A DNA stretch of 64,000 nucleotides, taken from the NCBI GenBank assembly GCA_038884755.1, contig JAWABJ010000001.1:448001-512000 (forward strand), read 5' to 3'. Shown here one piece after another: positions 56,792-64,000 of this stretch (within the stretch, counting starts at the first letter, position 1; each line of letters starts with the position of its first letter). Origin of the DNA: Candidatus Norongarragalinales archaeon (lineage in GTDB: Archaea; Micrarchaeota; Micrarchaeia; Norongarragalinales; Norongarragalinaceae). A model generated the notes under the pieces. It saw only the letters and a list, made by a program, of their open reading frames with translations, did no database searches and had not been told where the DNA came from. The position numbers and the translations under genes are program-made.

Positions 56792-58033
56792 CTAGGAATA
56801 GGTTTCCTCCTGGCTTTGCTTGTAACGCCAGAAGAGGTACCCGCCGGCTATCACCACGAAGAAAACTATCCAAGGCAGGTAGTTCGACTGGCCGCCGGCA
56901 GGTTCGGAAAGGATTTCCTGCTGCGGGCGCGTGCAAGATTCGTATTTGCGCTTGAGCTCGTCGTACTGTATTTTGAGGGCGTCGAGCATTGCGGGCAGCT
57001 TTTCGAACGCCTTGGCGCTGCCCCCCGCCATGAGCGTCTGCACGTCGCTCCACCTGCTTTTTATCGAATCCGCCTCTTCCGACAGGCCGCACAAATCCAA
57101 GTTCGATTCGGAAAGGAAAACGGTTTCGATTTCCGGCTCGAGCAAATCGTACTTCGCCCGGACGTCGACCGTGATTTTCTTGTAGTTGAACGACGCTATG
57201 GAATCGTTCACCCACTTGTCGCGCGAGGCTTCCAGTTTTTCAATGCTCTCGTTCGGCTTCAGGAAGCGCAGTTGCTCGAACAAGTCCACCTTCAACCGCA
57301 TGTTCTCCAAATTCTTAACTATGTTCTCGTTGTCCGGCGCGGGAATGTTCGACTTGAATATTTCCGCCTGTTTCTTGGAAATCTCTTCGTTGTAAGCGTC
57401 GTACGCCGCGATGAATTCCGCGGATTTCGAAAACGCGCTTTTGTAGTAGTCCAGCAGTCCGGAAAGCGCGAAGTCGCTCAAGTCGCTGTCCACCTGCTGT
57501 TCCAGGCTCGTGCCGTCGCTCACCATGCCGTCCAGCTCCAGGGCAAAACGCTGGAGTTCGGAAGACTTAGCGTCTATTGCGTCGAAGTTAGTGTTCGGAT
57601 AGGACTGCTGGGTTTTGGAAGCCAAAGCCGCAAGGGAATTCGCGTTGCGGTCTATCGCCAAAAGCGTCTGCCTCACGGTGGTTTCCATGTCGGAAAAGGA
57701 AATCTTGTTGCGGCCCACGTACTCGTCGATTATGCCGTAGTTGTAAACGCTCTTTCCGACCGCGTCAAGCCTCGACAAGTCAGTTTCCACTTCCCCCGCC
57801 TCTTCGGAAACCGCAATGAAGATTTTTTTTGCGGAGTAGATTGAAGGCGCGAAAACGTAGTAGTATTCGGAAAGGACGAAGAACGGGCGGGGCAAGAGTC
57901 CCACTCCAGAGTCCAAGTACGGCTTCGCCTTCACCGCCGCCTCTTCCGAAGAAATGCCGGAAACAGGCGTGAAAAGGGAAAGCAAAACGAGAAGCAAAGC
58001 GATTGCTTTTCCGAACTCGCGCATGCTTTGCAT
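56792..58033 (-). CDS. Hypothetical secreted helical protein with C-terminal membrane anchor
   Basis: Signal peptide, coiled-coil body, WIVFFVVIAGGYLFW+RYK anchor. Confidence 0.7.
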   Translation of the reverse strand: MQSMREFGKAIALLLVLLSLFTPVSGISSEEAAVKAKPYLDSGVGLLPRPFFVLSEYYYVFAPSIYSAKKIFIAVSEEAGEVETDLSRLDAVGKSVYNYGIIDEYVGRNKISFSDMETTVRQTLLAIDRNANSLAALASKTQQSYPNTNFDAIDAKSSELQRFALELDGMVSDGTSLEQQVDSDLSDFALSGLLDYYKSAFSKSAEFIAAYDAYNEEISKKQAEIFKSNIPAPDNENIVKNLENMRLKVDLFEQLRFLKPNESIEKLEASRDKWVNDSIASFNYKKITVDVRAKYDLLEPEIETVFLSESNLDLCGLSEEADSIKSRWSDVQTLMAGGSAKAFEKLPAMLDALKIQYDELKRKYESCTRPQQEILSEPAGGQSNYLPWIVFFVVIAGGYLFWRYKQSQEETYS

Positions 58034-58074
58034 TAACCCTTCACATGATTTAAAACCATCGCGCGGCTATAATC

Positions 58075-58752
58075 ATGGTTATGCAATTGCGGGTGGTTTT
58101 GGTCGAACCCAAGTGGGACGTGAACGTGGGAAGCATATGCCGGGCGATGAAAAACTTCGGCGCCAGCGAGCTTTACCTTGTCAAGCCAAAGGCAGAGCTC
58201 GGAGTGGAGGCAATAAAATTCGCGAAACACGCGAGGGAAATACTGGAAAAAGCCACGAAAGTCAAAACGATGCGCCAAGCGTTTGAAGGTTGCACGCTTG
58301 TAGTCGGAACGACTGGAATACTCAGGCGTTTCAGAAAGAAAATGCTGAAAAAATGCGTTTCGGCTCGAGAGGTGAAAAAGTTTTTCGGAAAAAACGATAA
58401 GGTAGCACTGGTTTTCGGGAACGAAGAGCACGGACTTAGCGACAAGTTTTTGGGCGAATGCGACGTCGTAGCGTTCATCCCTTCCAACCCGCGCTATCCC
58501 GTGCTCAACCTTTCGCACGCGGTCGCAGTAATGCTTTACGAGCTTTACGCTGCGAAGGGGGAAAAGCAGTTGAAGGAAATTCCGGCTGCGCCGCGCCACA
58601 AGCTCGAAAGGCTCGAAAAGCTTTTTTTCGAATTCGCTTTGCGCAACAAAACCATTCGCGACCCGAAGAAAGTGGCGACGGCGTTCAAGCGAGTTCTCCG
58701 CAGGGCGAGGCCTTCCGAAAAAGAAATCCAAGCGCTTTTCCCGGCGTTTTGA
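58075..58752 (+). CDS. trmJ: TrmJ/TrmH SPOUT tRNA 2'-O-methyltransferase
   Basis: LVEP...NVG..CRAMKNFG, LVFGNE..GLS, YPVLNLSHAV. Confidence 0.88.
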   Translation: MVMQLRVVLVEPKWDVNVGSICRAMKNFGASELYLVKPKAELGVEAIKFAKHAREILEKATKVKTMRQAFEGCTLVVGTTGILRRFRKKMLKKCVSAREVKKFFGKNDKVALVFGNEEHGLSDKFLGECDVVAFIPSNPRYPVLNLSHAVAVMLYELYAAKGEKQLKEIPAAPRHKLERLEKLFFEFALRNKTIRDPKKVATAFKRVLRRARPSEKEIQALFPAF

Positions 58753-58753
58753 C

Positions 58754-59836
58754 TCACTTGCAGTTTTCAATCCTGCAATAGTCGAACAAGTATCTCTTGC
58801 TTCGCGACCCTTCCCAGATTATTTCGAAAGTCTTTTGCGTCTGGCTGCTGCCGGTGGGCGCAAGCAAGCCCACGAAAGAACTGTTTTGCGCTACAGTCGA
58901 GCCAGCCGCGTCGTTGATTTTCACCAAAGCGATTATCGAAGGAATGTCTTCCTTGCCTGGGTTGGAGAAAAAGCACTGGCCTTCCACGCGCAGTTTTCCC
59001 TTCTCGTTTACCGAAGGGCGGATAGTCTTCGCGCCGAAAAGCCCGAACCACTCGGGCGGGTTGTAATAACGGTCGAAGAGCGAGCACGAAACGCTCCCTT
59101 GCGTCGAAGTACGGAAGAAAACGAAGTACGCCAGCGCCAGCACGACGAGCGCCAAAAGCAGGTAGCGCACCCAAGGAGTTTGCAGGGCTTGCGGGCCTGA
59201 ACCGCCTTTTCCAGCCGCGGCTCCAGAAACCGCGCCCACTGTTTTTCCTAAAAGTTCCGCCCAGCCAGAAGGCGTCTTCATCTTTTGCACCGTCTCGCCC
59301 GCAGCTTCGCCCAATCCCTTGGCCCGCTGCGGAATGGCTTCGGCTCCCTGCGGATTGCCCAGCACGGCGTCGATGTCTATCTTGAAGGAATCGTTGGCAA
59401 CGTCGACCCAAACTTGGTATGAAGGAATGTAGTATTTCGTAGCAGCGGATATTGAAACCATTTCCCGCTTCAGTCCCGCGTGGGCGGCGACTTTGGTCGC
59501 GGCGACTTCGTTCAACTCGCTTTTAGAAATTGCGGTTGGCAGGACTTCAACCTCGGCGCCCGGCTCGGTCTGAGTCGCTTTTTTTGTCGGGCGTTCGAGC
59601 AAATAAGGAATGTAGTCGTTCAATTCCCCCGTGTAGGCGTTCAACGCAGTTTTGCCTGTCGGCGACGCTTCGCCGGCTAGCACGTCGAAGCTGAAAACCC
59701 AGTAAGGGGTGTAGACGAGTTTTACGTCGGAAATGTCGAATTGCTTCCAGCCGCGCTGGGCGACCGCTTTCTGCACCATTCCCAACGCCGCTTCGGGCGT
59801 GAGCACGGTTTTGAAAGACTGCGCGTCGAGAATCAT
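58754..59836 (-). CDS. Hypothetical single-pass membrane protein
   Basis: Internal Y.P.W/Y duplication, one TM helix, extracellular Ig-like C-terminus. Confidence 0.6.
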   Translation of the reverse strand: MILDAQSFKTVLTPEAALGMVQKAVAQRGWKQFDISDVKLVYTPYWVFSFDVLAGEASPTGKTALNAYTGELNDYIPYLLERPTKKATQTEPGAEVEVLPTAISKSELNEVAATKVAAHAGLKREMVSISAATKYYIPSYQVWVDVANDSFKIDIDAVLGNPQGAEAIPQRAKGLGEAAGETVQKMKTPSGWAELLGKTVGAVSGAAAGKGGSGPQALQTPWVRYLLLALVVLALAYFVFFRTSTQGSVSCSLFDRYYNPPEWFGLFGAKTIRPSVNEKGKLRVEGQCFFSNPGKEDIPSIIALVKINDAAGSTVAQNSSFVGLLAPTGSSQTQKTFEIIWEGSRSKRYLFDYCRIENCK

Positions 59837-59929
59837 TTTTGCAATCGAGATTATTTCCGCAAGGCGGTTTTTAACGGTTTTCAGAATAGTGGGAAAACGA
59901 GAAAAAGTAAAAAGGGCAACAAAAAAGTT

Positions 59930-60292
59930 TTAGTGCCTTCTCTTGACGATTTTCACGTTGTGCGGCGTGAGCAGAATCTTGTCTTCGTCAATGCGCGCGA
60001 TGTCGCCGTTTATCTCGACGGCAAAGCCCTTGAGCCTCGAAACGACGTCCTTAAGCTTCTGCGGGTTACGCGCTATGGGCGTAATGTTGAGCAAAACGAG
60101 ATTCCTGCTTTTCAATTCTTCCTCGACGATAGACACGTCTGTCTCGCGTTGCAACGCAATGGGCTTCACGTAAAAGTCGGCTTCCTTGTGGAGAATGTCC
60201 ACTTCTTCCGCCTCGGCGGCGGTCATGAACTCGTCCAAGTTCATTTCCCTCTTTATTCCCAACGCTTTAGTAAGTCCGTCGAAAACGCCCAT
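59930..60292 (-). CDS. sepF: Cell division protein SepF
   Basis: Amphipathic N-terminus; NLVLLNI..LK..INGDIARI..ILLTP..VKI. Confidence 0.88.
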   Translation of the reverse strand: MGVFDGLTKALGIKREMNLDEFMTAAEAEEVDILHKEADFYVKPIALQRETDVSIVEEELKSRNLVLLNITPIARNPQKLKDVVSRLKGFAVEINGDIARIDEDKILLTPHNVKIVKRRH

Positions 60293-60473
60293 GTTGTTTC
60301 ACCTTCGATAAGCAAATGCATTATTCGGCTTTTATAGCTTTAAGAGAATACTCGCACACTTTTTAAAAGCCTTTGCTTCCCGCGAGCGAGAGTAAAAACG
60401 TTTTGGACAGCAAAACAAATAAATGCCGTTCAAGGCAATATTCTACCTGGTTGAAGCGGATAGCGGTGGGCTT

Positions 60474-61667
60474 GTGGTGGATTTCGCCGAAATACTGGAA
60501 GAAGGCAACTCTGTTTTCAAAGACAAGGGCGCGTTGAGTCCCCACTACGTTCCAGAAACGCTGTTGTACCGGGATGAGGAAATAAAAAAGATAATGATCT
60601 GCCTTGCGCCCGCGCTGAAAGGCCAGAAGGCGAAAAACCTGTTCATTTACGGCAAGACTGGAACGGGAAAAACCGTTTCCACGAAACACGTGTTGGACAA
60701 GCTCTTGCAGCAGGGCAACCCGCACGTTTTCGGGCTTTACATGAACTGCCGCGTTTACGACTCCCGCTACAAGATTTTGCAGAAGACCATCACCGAATTT
60801 CACCCCGACATCGCCAAAACGGGCTATTCATTCGCAGTCCTGTACGAAAAGTTTCTCGACTGGCTGGAAGAAAACGGAAAGCACGTGGTTTTACTTTTGG
60901 ACGAAATCGATTTGGTAAAGGATTTGGACCAGATGATTTATACGCTGACGAGAGTCAACGATGACTTGCGCGCGGGCAGCTTGACGCTAGTCGGGGTAAG
61001 CAACAAAGTAGGCTTCACGAAAAAGCTCGATGCGCGCTCGCGCTCTTCCCTCTGCGAAGAGGAACTGGTTTTCCAGTCTTACAACGCAAACCAGCTTTCT
61101 GGAATATTGAAGCAAAGGTGCGAGAAAGCGTTCCAAGACGGGCTGGTGGAAGATTCTGCCATAAACGTCGCAGCGGCAATCGCGGCCGCAGACAACGGGG
61201 ACGCGCGTTATGCCCTGATGCTTTTGCTCCGCGCCGGCGAGCTCGCGGAAAAAAGCAATTTGCAGAAAATCACCGACAAGCAAGTCGAAGAAAGCCGCAA
61301 GGCGGCCGAGGAAGACAAGGCTTTCGAACTCATTTCCTCGCTGCCGGAACACCAGCAGCTCGTGCTTTACGGCCTCGCAAAACTGGGGAGCGACACGAAA
61401 TACAAGAGGCTTGTGGAAGAATCGGGGGACAAGCTTTACTTCAGCGGGGAAGTGTATGAAGCGTACGTTGAGAGTGCGAAGAAGTTCAACCGCGAACCGC
61501 GCACCTCGCGCTGGTACAGGGAGTATTTGCACGAGCTGGACATGCTCGGGTTGATTTCGACGGTCCAAAGCGGGAAAGGCATAAGGGGGCAGACTACGCT
61601 CATCCGCTCGTCTTACGAAGCGCCGAAAATGAAGAAAACCATTGAAAAAACCCTCTCGGGCGAATAG
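60474..61667 (+). CDS. cdc6: Cdc6/Orc1 replication initiator
   Basis: Y.PE.L..R, Walker A GKTGTGKT, LLDEID, GDARYA, C-terminal wHTH. Confidence 0.93.
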   Translation: MVDFAEILEEGNSVFKDKGALSPHYVPETLLYRDEEIKKIMICLAPALKGQKAKNLFIYGKTGTGKTVSTKHVLDKLLQQGNPHVFGLYMNCRVYDSRYKILQKTITEFHPDIAKTGYSFAVLYEKFLDWLEENGKHVVLLLDEIDLVKDLDQMIYTLTRVNDDLRAGSLTLVGVSNKVGFTKKLDARSRSSLCEEELVFQSYNANQLSGILKQRCEKAFQDGLVEDSAINVAAAIAAADNGDARYALMLLLRAGELAEKSNLQKITDKQVEESRKAAEEDKAFELISSLPEHQQLVLYGLAKLGSDTKYKRLVEESGDKLYFSGEVYEAYVESAKKFNREPRTSRWYREYLHELDMLGLISTVQSGKGIRGQTTLIRSSYEAPKMKKTIEKTLSGE

Positions 61668-61769
61668 CAATCAGGGCGTCGGGTGCACGCGCTCTACTTT
61701 TTGGAAAGTAATTAAACCCGCGAGAGCGTTGTGTATTATTGCATCACAAGAAACAAAAAGTGGAAAAAA

Positions 61770-62867
61770 ATGACTTCAGACAGCAAAGCGTTGTACGAAT
61801 TCAGAAAGCAGCTGGAAGCGCTGAAGAAATTCCAGGGCCGCGGCACGGAATTGATAAGCGTTTACATCACCCCAGGGTACAACATTTCCGAAATCGTCAA
61901 CAAGCTCAAAGAGGAATACGGGCAGGCGTCCAATATCAAAAGCGCGACCACGAAAAAAAACGTGCAAGCCGCTTTGGAGAAGATAATGCATTTCTTGAAG
62001 GGGGCCAATAAGCCGCCGGAAAACGGCATGGCCGTTTTTTGCGGAAACGTTTCCGAGAGCGAAGGCAAGGTGGACATAGAAATTTACTCCATAGTCCCGC
62101 CCATGCCCGTTCCCGTGCAATTCTACCGCTGCGAATCGAAATTCGTCCTCGAACCTCTGGAAGAATTGCTGGACGTGGCGGGAACTTATGGGCTGGTGGT
62201 TATGGACGGCAAGGAATGCACGGTCGCAGTGCTGCGCGGCAAGACTATCAAGGTATTGAAGAAACTCGAATCCACTGCACACCAAAAGGTGCACAAGGGA
62301 GGGCAGAGCGCCCAGCGGTTCCAGCGCTTGGCAGAAGAAGGCATCGAATTTTACTACAAGCGCATCGGCGAGGCGATGGACGCGTTCTTGTCGCAGAAAA
62401 ACTTCAAGGGCGCGATTGTCGGAGGGCCGGGGCCTGCGAAAGAAAACTTCATGAAAATGAAGCCGTTCAACTACCAAATCAAAGTCCTAGGCGTCGTCGA
62501 TACGGGGTATACGGACGAATACGGGCTGCGCGAGTTGCTGGAAAAAGCGAGCGACTTGATTGCGGAGCAGGAAGCCATCGTTGAAAAAAAGCTGTTGAAC
62601 GAATTCCTTATTGAAGCGGCGAAAGGCGGGCTTGTGGCGTGGGGGTTGGAGGGCGTCAGGAAGGCGCTGGACAAGAGACAGGCGAACAAGTTTATAGTAA
62701 CCGAAGGCCTGGAAATAATCGAGGACGGAGTTAACGTTGTTTCTCACTTGATAAGCCAAGCTGAAGAGCAGGGCATTGAAGTGATTTTCGTTTCGGAGGA
62801 AACGCCCGAAGGCCAGCAGTTCAAAGGAACGTTCGGCGGCTTGGGCGCTTTCTTGCGGTACCGCTGA
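61770..62867 (+). CDS. prf1: Peptide chain release factor aRF1
   Basis: GTELIS.Y, NIKS, YRC, GGQSAQRF, F.G.GA.LRY. Confidence 0.95.
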   Translation: MTSDSKALYEFRKQLEALKKFQGRGTELISVYITPGYNISEIVNKLKEEYGQASNIKSATTKKNVQAALEKIMHFLKGANKPPENGMAVFCGNVSESEGKVDIEIYSIVPPMPVPVQFYRCESKFVLEPLEELLDVAGTYGLVVMDGKECTVAVLRGKTIKVLKKLESTAHQKVHKGGQSAQRFQRLAEEGIEFYYKRIGEAMDAFLSQKNFKGAIVGGPGPAKENFMKMKPFNYQIKVLGVVDTGYTDEYGLRELLEKASDLIAEQEAIVEKKLLNEFLIEAAKGGLVAWGLEGVRKALDKRQANKFIVTEGLEIIEDGVNVVSHLISQAEEQGIEVIFVSEETPEGQQFKGTFGGLGAFLRYR

Positions 62868-62893
62868 GCAAGGAGGGCGGGAGAAGGGGAAAG

Positions 62894-64000
62894 TCAAAAC
62901 TCTATTTTCTTGACTTTCATCTTGTCCATCAGCTCGTCAGACTTTTTCTTGATCGTATGGAATTCTTTCTCCAGCTCGAAAGCCTTGCTCAACCCCCTGC
63001 GAAGCCCAGATTGGATTTCGTACATCGCGCTTTGGGCAGGGTAAACGGTTATGGTTTTGAACAAAAACGCCTTGCTTTCGAAACTCTTGCTTTCCGAATC
63101 TTCAATCCGCTTCGCGAGCAGGAAGACGGCGGTGAAGCGCAGCAAAGCTGACGCTACGAACAACGAGGGCAACACGCCCAGACCGAAAAACAGCAGCGAA
63201 GGGTTGTTTTGCAACAGCCCTGCAAGCAAGGCGCCCGCCATTCCGCCCGCGAAAATAGCCGCGCCTTGGAAAACGTTGTAATACGCGACGAATTTCGACT
63301 TGTTTTTTTCCGGCGTGGTCTTGAGGATTAGGTTGAACGAGGCGATGCGCTGTCCCGCCCACCCCAGTCCCGAAAACAATTCGCTGAAAAACAACAGCCA
63401 AGAGTCGCGGAACAAAACCCACTGGAGCGGAATCAGTGCCACGAGCAGCCCGCTGGCGTAAAGCACGCTCTTGTTACCCAGCGAAGCCGAAGTCTCGCCC
63501 CAGTACACCATGGTCAGGAAAATCGAGATTTGCGACACGCTGAAAATCAACGCGTAAGTGTAGTAGTCGAACTCCAGCACGTTGAGGGCGTAGACGGAAA
63601 AGTAAGGCGCTGCAATGAAAACCGCAAACATCAAAAGCGTGTTGTATAACACCAGAGCGCCGAAAGGCGTTTGCCTCAGCGTTTTCACGAAAGACCGGAA
63701 AGTGGCTTCGTCGGTCTGCTCTTCCAACCGCGGCTCGAACTTTCTGCTGAGATAGTAGAGCGATATTATCCTTCCGGCGAACGCAATCGCGAAAATCACG
63801 GTGAAGCCCAAAGCGGCCTTGTCCCAAGACTGGAACAGCCCCAGCACCCAGCCCGCAGCAAGGCTTGAAACGAACGCGGCAAAACCCGTAATTTCGTTGC
63901 GCTTTCCGAAATACTGCGCCCGGTCCTTTTCTTTCACTATGTCGCCCATCCAGCTGGTCCAAGCCGGATTTGCAAAGGACTCGGCGAGAATTGAAACGCT
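62894..64000 (-). CDS. MFS transporter (5' end outside the window)
   Basis: Multi-TM; W.SWMGDIV..R..YFG.RN motif; frame is open to the window edge. Confidence 0.8.
   Translation of the reverse strand, partial: SVSILAESFANPAWTSWMGDIVKEKDRAQYFGKRNEITGFAAFVSSLAAGWVLGLFQSWDKAALGFTVIFAIAFAGRIISLYYLSRKFEPRLEEQTDEATFRSFVKTLRQTPFGALVLYNTLLMFAVFIAAPYFSVYALNVLEFDYYTYALIFSVSQISIFLTMVYWGETSASLGNKSVLYASGLLVALIPLQWVLFRDSWLLFFSELFSGLGWAGQRIASFNLILKTTPEKNKSKFVAYYNVFQGAAIFAGGMAGALLAGLLQNNPSLLFFGLGVLPSLFVASALLRFTAVFLLAKRIEDSESKSFESKAFLFKTITVYPAQSAMYEIQSGLRRGLSKAFELEKEFHTIKKKSDELMDKMKVKKIEF

Noticed and set aside
60293..60473. Replication origin next to cdc6
   Set aside because: I could not find repeated ORB-like boxes or a clear DNA-unwinding element by eye; a divergent origin is not excluded.

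Overview
Archaeal chromosomal segment. Evidence: Cdc6/Orc1, aRF1, FtsZ, SepF, an archaeal-type SRP RNA and a tRNA with a BHB intron. The gene content suggests a DPANN lineage such as Micrarchaeota, which is an inference. (1) 1-26 kb: a large surface-glycan/nucleotide-sugar cluster with a HisF/HisH/WbuX-type amidotransferase trio, a formyltransferase, 3 DegT aminotransferases, 2 Gfo/Idh/MocA dehydrogenases, 2 UDP-sugar dehydrogenases, GalU, WecB, glycosyltransferases and a flippase-like gene, ending at tRNA-Ala(CGC). (2) 27552-30625: an AT-richer, apparently complete cargo-carrying DDE insertion element. It has an 8-bp target-site duplication, imperfect TIRs, subterminal TGCAC repeats and a divergent passenger operon (Zn-ribbon/DUF488 fusion, OB-like partner, unknown protein, 2-TM protein). 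This is the best candidate for an undescribed system. (3) 30.7-33.4 kb: wHTH gene, ftsZ, a micro Zn-finger and SRP RNA. (4) 33.4-45.3 kb: a folate-dependent de novo purine cluster (purN folD purB purA purC purE purH purF purD) interrupted by a doubly frameshifted rhomboid and an HNH gene split at CCC-CTT-TGA. (5) 45-64 kb: Lon-like protease, intron-containing tRNA-Ser(GCT), truD, a 1820-aa secreted repeat/LamG glycoprotein, housekeeping genes, an unannotated 50-aa SWIB-like micro-protein and a partial MFS transporter. All calls come from motif recognition by eye; no searches were run.
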